Part shown: positions 1 through 10,072 of the stretch, one piece after another
How positions within the stretch are numbered: position 1 is the stretch's first letter
Layout of the letters: each line of letters starts with the position of its first letter
Position numbers and translations under genes: made by a program
The notes under the pieces: model-generated
What the model saw: the letters and a program-made list of their open reading frames with translations, nothing else
Database searches by the model: none
What the model was told of the DNA's origin: nothing
Virus record (IMG/VR): IMGVR_UViG_3300045988_154040
Source of the DNA: a virus
Direction: 5' to 3' (one strand)
Length of the DNA stretch: 64,000 bases

Positions 1-272
1 GCTTTTACCTCATCTTCTGTTAATCTTATAAATCCCAAAGGTACTCTTGCGCCACTAGGCTTTTCTAAAGCTATCATATTTTCAAAAAGATTATCAATAA
101 TTTTATTTTTACTTATTGAAAAAAGTATTTCATTCATAGGCCAAATATATTTATCTGATTCTTTTAAAATTCTGTAATATTCTCCTTTGCGCCAAATTAC
201 TAAAGGGGCAAAATTAGCCCCTTTTTCATTTGGTATAGATGTTTCATTTAAACATTTAATATATTCTTTCAT
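1..272 (-). CDS. hypothetical protein, N-terminal part only (gene runs off window start)
   Basis: ATG at 272-270 sits directly after the stop (276-274) of the upstream helicase gene. The frame is open to position 1 (MKEYIKCLNETSIPNEKGANF...). It is absent from the ORF track because it is truncated. Confidence 0.45.
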   Translation of the reverse strand, partial: MKEYIKCLNETSIPNEKGANFAPLVIWRKGEYYRILKESDKYIWPMNEILFSISKNKIIDNLFENMIALEKPSGARVPLGFIRLTEDEVK

Positions 273-273
273 A

Positions 274-2583
274 TTAGTTTTCCTCTCTTTGTCTTATAAT
301 TTTTTCTCGTTTAGATTTTAATTCATAATCCATTATAATAAAATCTTTTAATTGAGTTTGTCTATTTTCGTTTCCATCAATAGAAATACAATTTTCTACA
401 GTACTTAAATCTCCAATTTGAATAGTTTCTTTAGAAGCTCTTGAAATACCTGTATAAAGAAGATTATTATTGAAGCTTCTCTCATGGCACTTCATAGTAA
501 GAAGAATAATATGAGGACATTGAGAGCCTTGATATTTATGGATGGTTCCAGCATAACCCAGTACAAGTGAGTTACAATCGCTTTCTTGGAACACTACCAT
601 ATTTTCATCAAACTGGATGATTAGAACGTTGTTAGCATCAATTTCCAGGATTTTACCTATATCTCCATTAAACACACCTACGGTTTCTTGAGCAAGGCTT
701 AAATCTACTTCTCCGGTTTGTTCTAAGATATTTTTATAAGATTCATAAGTAGGAACATGGTAATTGTTTTGAGTATTCATTACAATATCTCCCTTACGAA
801 AAGTGATAGTGCATTCTTTTACGTTTCTTTCTACAACTTTTTCGTTCTTTCTTGCCGGGTTAATAGCTGATTGAATGAGATTGTTGATTTTGTAAGTTCC
901 AAAATCTTTTACGTTCCATGGAGTAATAACAGCGATATCAATAGGTTTAATACCTTGATTTATTTTTTCCATATAAACGTCCAAAATTTGTTCTGTTGTT
1001 CCATTACTTTTTATAAAAGTATAATCTTTATTAGTTCCTAATACACATTTAATTCCATTTTCAAAATTAAGTTTTTCATGTATGGGAAGTTTATTGTAAA
1101 TATCATCAACAATTGCTGATAATCCACCTTCTTTATATCTAAATGTAATAGTAAGAGTAATAATTGGAATAATACCACTTTCTATAAAATCTCTCATAAT
1201 ACAACCCAAAGCAATTGATGGAAGCTGATGAATGTCTCCACTAAATACAAATCTTACATTAGGATTAGAACAAGCTTTAATTAACATCATCATATGTTCC
1301 AATCCATACATAGACCATTCATCACATATAATTACATCTGAATCTATACCGCCATCAGCTTGTGCTTGAGAACACCCTTTATGAACAGTTGAAGCTTTTC
1401 TATGGGTTTGTTCAGCTAATCTTTTAGCGGCTCTACCTGTAGGTGCGAACATAGAATATGTTTTTCCATTATCTTCTAACATATTAACCAATGCCATCAT
1501 AGAAGAACTTTTGCCGCGCCCCGCGCCAGCGTTAAGGATTACTATTCTATTTTTACATATCATATGAAGTAATTCGCTTTGTTCGTCCGTTAATGTACCA
1601 TCTTTGATTTCAGTATAATTCTTCCAATTAAAATCCCACACTTCATCTTGATTACATAAGATATCTGTAAAGTAATCGGCTATAGTAGATTCTGCTATAT
1701 AAGTATCTGCTTTAGCAATGCGTTTAGTATCATCGTCATACCAAATTTTTTGACTATCTATACAGATTTTTTTGATATACTGGATACAATCTTTATCTAT
1801 TTCAGCGCAAAAACCTGCCATTGTATTTGCATCCATATAGGTGTTATCATCTTCTTCATTAAGACTTAAAATATGAAGTGCAATGTGTTCGATACGATTA
1901 GAAGTTTCTTTTAATTCTGGTCGTATTTTCATAAGCAACTTATCTGTTCTTAAAAATTCTCTATGCAATATATCTATAAGAACTGAATAAGGTTCATTAT
2001 CAATAGCTTTCTCTACAGCTTCTACAGAGCCATATACATTGTCTAATTCCTGGCATTCCCCAATAGTTAAATCATAATTTTTATGATGAATTAAAATGTA
2101 GTAATATTTAAATCTTGTGTTAATTTCTCTGATATAACAGTTTAGTCTGTATTCTTTGATGTTTTTTAATTTCTTAACATCTATTTCATCAGTTTTTCCA
2201 TTTATTACCATGGAAATAAAGTTAGGATATTCTTTTAATAAAGTGTTGGCTTGAGTTTCAGTAGTAAATTTGGTAAGTATTTCTTTGGACTGTTCTACAC
2301 TTAATTCATCCAAGTCTTTTACTATTTCATAATCTTTTACTCTTTCTACCATGTACTGAATTCCATATCTTGGATGATTGACCTGTTTTAAATCTAATGT
2401 ATAAGATTCTCCATTCTTAAGATAAGATAAATCCCCTGATATAGTAAAATTTCCATACTTATTAAGAGTTATTTGGTTTTCATCTTTGGGATTATCTAAA
2501 AGACATGCAAAAGTTCTGTAATTATTAGATGAATATATTTCTCTAATAATAGTACATTTAATTCCTTCAATAAATCTATCCAT
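274..2583 (-). CDS. SF1 DNA helicase, RecD/Pif1-like (AAA_30 + UvrD_C type)
   Basis: 769 aa. Walker A NAGAGRGKSS, Walker B VIICDEWSM, motif III FSGDIHQLPSI, motif V/VI AGTIHKYQGSQ. Start overlaps the stop of the sigma gene (ATGA). Confidence 0.8.
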   Translation of the reverse strand: MDRFIEGIKCTIIREIYSSNNYRTFACLLDNPKDENQITLNKYGNFTISGDLSYLKNGESYTLDLKQVNHPRYGIQYMVERVKDYEIVKDLDELSVEQSKEILTKFTTETQANTLLKEYPNFISMVINGKTDEIDVKKLKNIKEYRLNCYIREINTRFKYYYILIHHKNYDLTIGECQELDNVYGSVEAVEKAIDNEPYSVLIDILHREFLRTDKLLMKIRPELKETSNRIEHIALHILSLNEEDDNTYMDANTMAGFCAEIDKDCIQYIKKICIDSQKIWYDDDTKRIAKADTYIAESTIADYFTDILCNQDEVWDFNWKNYTEIKDGTLTDEQSELLHMICKNRIVILNAGAGRGKSSSMMALVNMLEDNGKTYSMFAPTGRAAKRLAEQTHRKASTVHKGCSQAQADGGIDSDVIICDEWSMYGLEHMMMLIKACSNPNVRFVFSGDIHQLPSIALGCIMRDFIESGIIPIITLTITFRYKEGGLSAIVDDIYNKLPIHEKLNFENGIKCVLGTNKDYTFIKSNGTTEQILDVYMEKINQGIKPIDIAVITPWNVKDFGTYKINNLIQSAINPARKNEKVVERNVKECTITFRKGDIVMNTQNNYHVPTYESYKNILEQTGEVDLSLAQETVGVFNGDIGKILEIDANNVLIIQFDENMVVFQESDCNSLVLGYAGTIHKYQGSQCPHIILLTMKCHERSFNNNLLYTGISRASKETIQIGDLSTVENCISIDGNENRQTQLKDFIIMDYELKSKREKIIRQREEN

Positions 2584-3212
2584 TATTCTCCTTCTTTCTT
2601 TTTGTTACGTAATTTTTTTGTTAAATATTTACATTCATATCCATTCGCTTTCATATGATTTTTTAGTCGGGGAACTATCTGTCTGGCATAAATTCTATTT
2701 ACATCAATAGAAGTTAATTTTTCTTCTGTTATTCTTTCAGCTATTTCAGGGTTATTTAATCCTTCCATAACTCTTAAGTAAAATATTTTTTTCTGTATAG
2801 AATTTAAAGAAGGAATAAATGTTTTTAATATACTCATTAAATCTGTATACCCTTCTAATCCCTCCATATTATCATAACTGCCTAATGTATCAGCAATAGT
2901 TAAATTTTCTAAATCAGGAGAAGCATAGGCTGGTTGCTCTAAACTTAAAACAGATTTATCAAAGTTTTTTTGTTTTATCCTACGAATAGTTCTAATATAT
3001 TCACTATTCATAAGAAGATAAGCAATAGTACTTAATTTTCCTCTTTCTGGATTATGTGCTTTAACTGCTTTACATAATCCTATACAAGCTGGCCCATGAC
3101 CTTCCTCAAAAGGTATTTTATGACTTTGTAAATAACTAATCACTAATCCATAATTATTATTTACGATTTCTTTTTGTTCGGAACTAAGTTCCATATAATC
3201 TGCTGTTTCCAT
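2583..3212 (-). CDS. sigma-70 family RNA polymerase sigma factor (phage-encoded)
   Basis: 209 aa. Region-2-like GLVISYL..GPACIGLCKAVKAHNPERGKLSTIAYLLM and region-4 HTH-like QKKIFYLRVMEGLNNPEIAERI. A sigmaA-type promoter lies just upstream. Confidence 0.65.
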   Translation of the reverse strand: METADYMELSSEQKEIVNNNYGLVISYLQSHKIPFEEGHGPACIGLCKAVKAHNPERGKLSTIAYLLMNSEYIRTIRRIKQKNFDKSVLSLEQPAYASPDLENLTIADTLGSYDNMEGLEGYTDLMSILKTFIPSLNSIQKKIFYLRVMEGLNNPEIAERITEEKLTSIDVNRIYARQIVPRLKNHMKANGYECKYLTKKLRNKKKEGE

Positions 3213-3246
3213 TTTATACTCCTTTCATTCATAATACCTTAGTAAA

Positions 3247-3275
3247 ATAATAACATATTTATATATAAAAGTCAA
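3247..3275 (-). promoter_or_regulatory. sigmaA-type promoter (TTGACT-17-TATTAT)
   Basis: Minus strand reads TTGACT (3275-3270), a 17-nt spacer, then TATTAT (3252-3247), about 35 nt upstream of the sigma gene start. Confidence 0.55.
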
Positions 3276-3288
3276 TAGATTTTCCAAA

Positions 3289-3336
3289 TAAAAAACAGCT
3301 TCTTAAATCTATACTCTGATTAAGAGGCTGTTTTTT
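3289..3336. terminator. bidirectional intrinsic terminator
   Basis: 12-bp stem ACAGCTTCTTAA (3295-3306) / TTAAGAGGCTGT (3320-3331). It is flanked by an A-run on the left and a T-run on the right. Confidence 0.6.
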
Positions 3337-3376
3337 ATAATTATTTATTGCTTATTAATCGTTTAAATTTTCATAG

Positions 3377-3562
3377 CTAAACTTTCTTTCTCCATGCTTT
3401 TTTATTATTATTACTATATCTTTTGCATTGTTTGTGTTTATTTGCTTCTATAGTTTCAAAATTTACAATGCATATATCTTCGCCTGTTCTTTTGTCATGA
3501 ATACATTTATCACAATTGACACAACTCTCTGATGGAAACAAAATAATTTTATTTCTACCCAT
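3377..3562 (-). CDS. small Cys-rich hypothetical protein
   Basis: 61 aa with CVNCDKC...C...C. ATG overlaps the stop of the polymerase gene. Confidence 0.4.
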   Translation of the reverse strand: MGRNKIILFPSESCVNCDKCIHDKRTGEDICIVNFETIEANKHKQCKRYSNNNKKAWRKKV

Positions 3563-5057
3563 TAATTATCATCCTCCCTATCTACTCTTTCAAATTGTAA
3601 TGACAAACTTAAATCAGAATTTATATGACGAATCTTTATTACGCTATGAGTAAAAATAGAATTTTTATATTTTTTTGCTATAAATTCTTCTTCATCATCT
3701 TCACTTTTACGATATCCTGATATCATAAGTAATGTACCTTTTTTAAACCAGTTAGTATCTTCGTCAAATTCTTCTGTTTCGCTTATACTCTTTTTATAAT
3801 AAGCGTACTGTCCCTCATTAAATTTAACAGTAACTACATCATTATCTGGTGTAAGAAGATTAATGAAATGTTTATTATCATTACGACTTAATACTACCCC
3901 ACATATTCTGGAAAGGTCATATTGTCTCCAGGTTCTTTTTCCATTTTTACTACTTTTTTCTATAAATACAGGAGATGCAGGTAAATCTTTATAATGACTA
4001 ATGTTATATTCTTCAAAATCAATACCTGTAAGTTCATGTTTGTCAGGATAAAATGATATGGTTTCCATACTCCACTTAGGTATGTTTTCATATTTAACCA
4101 TATTCATATATTCCTGTTGCCAATATTTTTTATTGTATTCATCCACTAAAGTAGGATTATTAATATAAGAAACTAATTCATCTAATTCTGGTTTTAAAAC
4201 TTTGTCCAAAGATTTATCTATGACTATAAGCATATCATTTTCATAATAAAAATCTTTGCCTTCTTTGAGTTCTTCCATATAATGTTCTTCAAAGAAAGGT
4301 CTAGCAAATTTGTCCTCCAATATATAATCTTTTTTTGTTTTAAACTTTTCATTGTTACGATAAAAGAAATTAGGACTTTCTACATATTTCCTAAAATTAT
4401 ATACTTTAACTAAATGTTTTGGAAGAGTACAACCCAGTTCTATGCATTTGGGAAGATTAGCTAAAGTAAGTATTGTCTTAGCTGGATTCTCCCAGCATAT
4501 CAGCCATTTAAGCATTAATATCTTATCTTCACACAAAGAATCAAAACATCCTGCTTTAATTAAAGTTGCAAAAATACTTTTTGTAACCAAAGTTCTCCTA
4601 CAAATTTCTAATCCATCTTCGGAAAATTCCCCTGTAGGTACAAGTAAATTCTTCTGATAATCATAAAAATGTTTAAAAGAATTATAAGGTCTACCACTCA
4701 TAATATCTTTAGCTACATCTCTATTCATTTTAGTAATTCCACCCAATCCAAATAGAATTAAACTTTCATCAATTAAAGGAGTAAAAGATAAATCAGATTT
4801 ATTAATATCTGGTGGTAATGTATTAATATGATAATCTTTCATACGATAAATAGCTTTTGCCATTTTTTCATAATTAGTTCCAGTATTCTTTTTCTTTCTT
4901 TCTAAATCTTCATATTCATCTTCATCTTCTTCTGTAGACGAAGATTCTACAGTCAAACAAGCACAAGCCCAAAATACAGGAGGAAAGAAGTAATTTACAT
5001 TAAGTTCCTGTAATCCAATTACTGAGTAAGCGTATGAGTGTAACTGGGAAAACGAAT
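3562..5057 (-). CDS. dnaE: DNA polymerase III alpha subunit (DnaE-type), exon 3
   Basis: The frame is open upstream of the tracked ORF and reads (Y)SFSQLHSYAYSVIGLQELNVNYFFP, the GY-x-F-x-x-SH-x-x-AY motif of Pol III alpha. The exon start is ambiguous between 5057 and 5052. Confidence 0.7.
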
Positions 5058-5651
5058 CAGAATGTTTTAATTACATTTCTGTAACATATGTGCTTCATAA
5101 ACATATGAACATTCTTGGACTATATCTTTATAATAATTAAAAAATGAATGAATGATATTATAAAAAATAATAAAGGCAACAATTTATTTATTACGATTTA
5201 ATTTTCTTTTATACGGATTATTTCTAACTAATGTAGATTTAGTAATCCCTGTCATTTTAGCTACTTCATCATAAGTATGAGTTTTTAATAATTTTAATGC
5301 TTTACTCACTTTCTTTAATATTTTTCATAACAATCATTCATCCATCATCATTCATTTTTTAATATTATAGATTTGCACTTCCACTAACTTACCAATAGTT
5401 AGCGTACTTCCTTACGGAATAGTCTCTACATCTTCTTTAATATTACTATTAAAGCTTGACACGGTATTATCAGCTATCTATATATCTTAATATAGACCTT
5501 AGAATCTCTTAGTCAGTTGCTTCGTCTTTTTTTTATGCTGTAATCTAGTTGTAACTCTTATACAGCAGTCTTATTCAACTGATACCGTTAGCATTGCACT
5601 TCTATGCAACACACCCCTGGTAGGGTTCACAAATCATGACCATTTTTACAT
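5058..5651 (-). mobile_element. group I intron (intron B of dnaE)
   Basis: It separates ..ELFGMSFG(Y) from SFSQLHSYAYS. It contains GATATAGTC (5126-5118, minus) and a GTGAACC..GGGTGT element shared with the other introns. The candidate 3' terminal G is at 5058. Boundaries are uncertain by about 5 nt. Confidence 0.65.
5184..5309 (-). CDS. 41-aa helix-turn-helix ORF inside intron B (probable homing-endonuclease remnant)
   Basis: GTG start. Translation SKALKLLKTHTYDEVAKMTGITKSTLVRNNPYKRKLNRNK looks like the C-terminal HTH of phage homing endonucleases. No nuclease domain is present. Confidence 0.3.
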   Translation of the reverse strand: MSKALKLLKTHTYDEVAKMTGITKSTLVRNNPYKRKLNRNK

Positions 5652-6774
5652 AGCCGAAACTCATACCAAACAATTCATACCATATATAATTCGCAAATAA
5701 TTCCCGACATCCCTGTTTAGCACAATGTTCAAAGAACATAATTCTAGTTTCTTCTAACACTACGGGGTCTTTTTTAGCAATAGCTTTTCTTAATTTATTA
5801 GCCTGTTTAAGACTAAATCCTGCCACTCTTTTATCCATAGAGATAAGCATAACTTTCTCTTGAGATTCTGGAAGCATACGAGAATCAGAACAATATTGTC
5901 GTATAACATCCATTTCTTCTTCTGTTAATCCATAAGCATGACAGTCTTTTTCCCACTCTTTTATATCAGCATATCTAGCATATCTTTGTAAAGGTGTTTC
6001 TGTAGATTCTCCACTACCCATTAATCGTAAAATAGAATTAGTGGCTGATAATTCCATTAAATTTTTTGGTTGTACTACATTAATAGCATTTACTGATACA
6101 GGAGTATCAAACTGAAATAAAGAATAAATATCTTTAATAATACCCCACATTGCAGGATTATCATAATTAATAACGTCAGGATGTAAATATTTGTCATATG
6201 TGGCTTTCAAAGTTCCTTGCCATTCTAAATAATTATGCTCGATTAATAAATCCATTGTAGTTCTAAGTTTATCGCTGGCTTTTACAGTGAGCATATCTAC
6301 TTTAACAATTCCACAATCTTCACAATCTTGTAAATCATAACAAGTACATAAATCTCCGTTGGGTGCTCTCATACAAGAAATATAATTAGTATAAGGTTCA
6401 TTAGAGATAATTAATCCTGCGGCATGAAGTCCTCTACCAACAATAATACCCTCTAAGGCCAAAGCACATTCTTTAAGACCGGGGTATTTATTAATTTCAT
6501 TTATAAAATCTCTTACAGGTTTTCTTTCTTTTTTTGGATTTCCTTCTAAACAATCTTTAAGGCTCCATATCATACCTCTATCTACAGGTATTAAAGATTT
6601 AAGATACCCTGCTACATCATCAGAGATTCCTAAACCTTTACAAGATTTTTCTACTGCTGTTTTAGAAGTCATTTCAGAAAATGTAGCCACTTTTAAAACC
6701 TTATCAAATCCCCAGAATTTTGCAATGTTGTGTGCAATAATTTGCTTTTTTGTATTCTGAGAATCTAAATCAAT
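5652..6774 (-). CDS. dnaE: DNA polymerase III alpha subunit, exon 2
   Basis: In-frame extension upstream of the tracked ORF gives IDLDSQNTKKQIIAHNIAKFWGFDKVLKVATF. Further Pol III alpha motifs are GRGLHAAGLIIS and VKVDMLTVK. Confidence 0.75.
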
Positions 6775-7622
6775 CCTTTATACCCCTGGTTTCCCAGTAC
6801 TTTAACACATTTTATTTCAAATGTGGGAGTAGACTATATCTTCATCTTGTTTTATCAACAAGAGGATGGCACAGGATAAAAGGAATTTCACCTTTTACCA
6901 CTTAGTCGTTTGAGTTTCAGCGCAATGTAATAAGTTTGAAATTTCTACTATAACCCCTTCTCATTAACATAGAATGTGAAACATCTAAATTATGAGAATC
7001 AATATATTTCTTTACCTCAGTGTTACCTTTTAATTTTGGACTTTTATTACCATTAGGATAAACTATTATATAATATAAATAATTTCTTACTGCATTTATT
7101 CCTGATGTTTCATAACTTTTATTTATATTTTCTTTTTGAGTTACCCATTCTAAATTGGTGTAATGATTATTAAGTGTATTTGCATCTTTGTGATTTACTA
7201 CAGCCCCTTCAAACCATCCAGGAACAAATACCATAGCTACCAATTGATGAACCGCTTTTCTATACACTTTATTATCCTTACTTAAGTCCACATATTTGTA
7301 ACCGCCTTTATTAACAAATCCATTTAATACTTTGGGATTTTTATATTTATGGCTAATTACTTTTCCATCTTCTGTAACACTGTATTTTTCAAACTTATCA
7401 ATTATTTTTTCTATTCTTTTTTTAATTTCCTTTCTACATATTCTTATTACTTGCGCCGCTTACCACAGGATTACCATGCTTTTTAAAGTTTAGGCTTCCC
7501 CTGTTAGCACAATTCCTAATCATCATTTCCTATGATTCCTAAACGTGAATTGTACACCCTAGATTTCTAGGTTCACCATCTTATTTTCTATATGTCACCA
7601 TATAGCCAGACTATTGAAGTTA
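6775..7622 (-). mobile_element. group I intron (intron A of dnaE) carrying an HNH homing endonuclease
   Basis: Exon 1 ends ..GIEIPD (GAT at 7625-7623) followed by an in-frame TAA. Exon 2 starts ATT GAT TTA GAT at 6774 and is preceded by a G at 6775. The joined product reads PD|IDLD. It contains GATATAGTC (6840-6832, minus) and a core shared with the RNAP introns. Confidence 0.8.
6917..7291 (-). CDS. HNH homing endonuclease (HNH_3 type), intron-encoded
   Basis: VHQLVAMVF..VVNHKDANTLNNHYTNLEWVTQKENI. The frame stays open upstream to 7459 and encodes a conserved-looking N-terminal part, but there is no ATG/GTG/TTG before the GTG at 7291. Confidence 0.75.
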   Translation of the reverse strand: MDLSKDNKVYRKAVHQLVAMVFVPGWFEGAVVNHKDANTLNNHYTNLEWVTQKENINKSYETSGINAVRNYLYYIIVYPNGNKSPKLKGNTEVKKYIDSHNLDVSHSMLMRRGYSRNFKLITLR

Positions 7623-9026
7623 ATCTGGAATCTCAATACCTCTTTCTGTACTTAAATGTCTCCAATATGGAGCGTAGTCGCCCAGAGGTACAGGGTCAAT
7701 TTGTGTAATTTCTAATAAATAACATGTTAAATATCCAAAAGCTGAACCTCTGGACGGCATACAAAAACTATTTGATTCCCAAATTATTTCTACAATTCTG
7801 CTTACACTGGTATAATAAGCCGCCATATGAGATTTAAATATTTCACTTAATCCTTTTAATTCTTTTGCTTCTTTATTAATTCTATCAATATATGTTTCTA
7901 AATTCTTTTGTGGTTTACTTTCAATAAGTTTTTCTAATCCTTTTTCTATGCGATAGAAAAAATACTGGTCTTGAATATTATCAGAATAAGCATAATATTT
8001 AAAATACTCATATTTGTTATAATATTTTCTATATCTATGAGTAATTTTAAACTCTGGCAATTTATCTAATGGAATTTCTGGTATCATAGGCATATGTTTT
8101 AAATCATAAGTTCCCACTCTATCAGCTATTTCATTACTGTTATTAAAAATTTCATCAATTTCTTTATCTGTAAATGTGATTTGTAAGTATTCTCTTAATT
8201 CTTTAGGAGACATAAGATAAGTAGTTGCATAAAAAGAATCTACTTCTCTATCTCCTTCTTTAGAATTAAGCAAAGTTTTATGGTACAATGCTGATTCTTT
8301 ATTAAGATAATGAGTATCAGTAGTAGCTATAATTTTAAAGCCATATTGCTGAGAAAGTTCTTTCATAGTTTCATTTACTATAAGCTGGTCGGTATTATCG
8401 GCCTTACAAGGCTGAATTTCAAGGTAGAAATTGTCTGAGCCGAACACTTCTCCACACCATGTCATAAAACCGTCAATTCTCGCTTGTACTGCTTTATAAC
8501 CAGGTTCCTGTTTCTTCCATGTCAAGATAAGTCTATCCAGATAAGAATTGAGACAAGCAGAACTGGCAATAAGATGCCCCGTATTACCATTTATAACTTC
8601 TTCAATATCAGTGTAATAAGTAGGTCTACGCATAAGTCTACGAGAAGTGTATGCATGTTGCCATGCTCTACTACTTATTTCTCTTAATTGTTTATGTCCT
8701 TCCGTATCTAATGCAGTTAAAATAAAATGATAATAAGGAGTATATTCAGTTCCTTCTCTATTTGCTTTATCTTCTTTTTCGTTCATTAAATAAATTTCAT
8801 TACCTAATGCTAATTTAAAAGGTCTATCTTTCTCCATTTTTTCATAATATTTCAATGCTTGCATATGAGAAGATATTCCTTCATGTTCAGTAATGGATAT
8901 ACCAGATAATCCTTGGTCATATGCATACTGAATTAATTCATTAACTCTAGTAATTGCATCTGGGAAGCCTAATAAAGCACTACTATAACATGAATGATTA
9001 TGATTTCCAAAATATATATCAATCAA
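7623..9026 (-). CDS. dnaE: DNA polymerase III alpha subunit, exon 1 (PHP domain)
   Basis: TTG start with AAGGAGG 9 nt upstream. PHP motifs GNHNHSCYS, ISITEHEG and IATTDTHY. It ends at the PD of the PDxDxD active-site motif. Confidence 0.8.
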
Positions 9027-9047
9027 TTATTAATCCTCCTTTTTAGG

Positions 9048-9383
9048 CTACCACATAATTATATATTTGACAGGGTTATCAATCATAAATCTGTCTCCAT
9101 GCTGAGAAAAATAAGGTTTTTCTTTTGGAGCTTTAAACACTCCGTATCCTAAATTTTGCAATTTAATTCTTTCATCCAATGTTAAATAATCTTTTAATTC
9201 TAATTTAAAATGAGAAAACCCATCTTCATCAATAATCATTTTTGCTTCATTTTTTAATAATTCCATAATAGAATTCCAATGATTATTTGTTTTAATTTCT
9301 CTCATTTTTTCAGAATTTATTTCATAATTTCCTGTCATTAAAGCTAAATCAATTGGTTTTGTTGTTATCTCTTTTTTAATCAT
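9048..9383 (-). CDS. hypothetical protein
   Basis: The ORF was shortened to the ATG at 9383, which has AAAAGGAGAAAA upstream. The longer tracked ORF would overlap the HNH-AP2 gene. Confidence 0.45.
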   Translation of the reverse strand: MIKKEITTKPIDLALMTGNYEINSEKMREIKTNNHWNSIMELLKNEAKMIIDEDGFSHFKLELKDYLTLDERIKLQNLGYGVFKAPKEKPYFSQHGDRFMIDNPVKYIIMW

Positions 9384-9399
9384 GTTATATTTTCTCCTT

Positions 9400-9936
9400 T
9401 TAATTATATTCAATTCCATATTCTTTAAACAAATTTCTTTGTGGAGAATAATCTCCAAACCATTCAGCTTCGGCTTTTAATCTGGCTTTTATAGCATGTT
9501 CTTTTACACTATATTCTCCCAAATGCTTTTGTTTACCATCAATAACAATATAAGCTCTCCATTTATTAGATTTTTGTTTCCATGAAACTCCTATAATTCC
9601 AGAAGTATTATTAACGGCTTTACTTCTGTTTCTATTATTTTCTTGGAATGTGCATTTACGTAAATTGCATCTTCTGTTATCTGTTCTATCATTGTTAGCA
9701 TGGTCAACCAATAATTCTCCAATTAATAAATTATGCATATAAACATTTTTATTATTTATTTTTGTGGCTAAATATCCATTATGGTCTATTTTCCATGTAT
9801 ATTGTTCAATAATTTCTTTGTCTATTAAACTGCATTTAAAATATTTATCTTTAGTAATATAACCTTTATAGTAAGGATATGCATAATCTGAAATATATTC
9901 ATCTATGCATAGTTCCCATAATTTTATATTACCCAA
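9400..9936 (-). CDS. free-standing HNH endonuclease with AP2 DNA-binding domain
   Basis: HNH motif VDHANNDRTDNRRCNLRKCTFQENNRN. AP2-like SGIIGVSWKQKSNKWRAYIVIDGKQKHLGEY. Confidence 0.75.
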   Translation of the reverse strand: MGNIKLWELCIDEYISDYAYPYYKGYITKDKYFKCSLIDKEIIEQYTWKIDHNGYLATKINNKNVYMHNLLIGELLVDHANNDRTDNRRCNLRKCTFQENNRNRSKAVNNTSGIIGVSWKQKSNKWRAYIVIDGKQKHLGEYSVKEHAIKARLKAEAEWFGDYSPQRNLFKEYGIEYN

Positions 9937-9972
9937 TTAAATTATTACCTTTCTTTAAAATATCATATAAAT

Positions 9973-10001
9973 ATTATATCATATTTATATATTAAAGTCA
10001 A
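9973..10001 (-). promoter_or_regulatory. sigmaA-type promoter (TTGACT-17-TGATATAAT)
   Basis: Minus strand reads TTGACT (10001-9996), a 17-nt spacer ending in TGA, then TATAAT (9978-9973). Confidence 0.6.
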
Positions 10002-10072
10002 TGTTTTTGACCATTATTTAAATAAATTTTAAAAATCATCATAAAATAATTAATTATATGTTATATTTTTCA

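Noticed and set aside
5602-5651. C-terminal tails of exon ORFs: ..VKMVMICEPYQGCVA at 5602-5649, ..GNIKLHNSPLWLVTISKNKLGKKPGNLKW at 51363-51452, and antisense ORF 51251..51538.
   Set aside because: These are read-through into intron sequence. Removing them restores conserved Pol III alpha and TerL motifs across the junctions.
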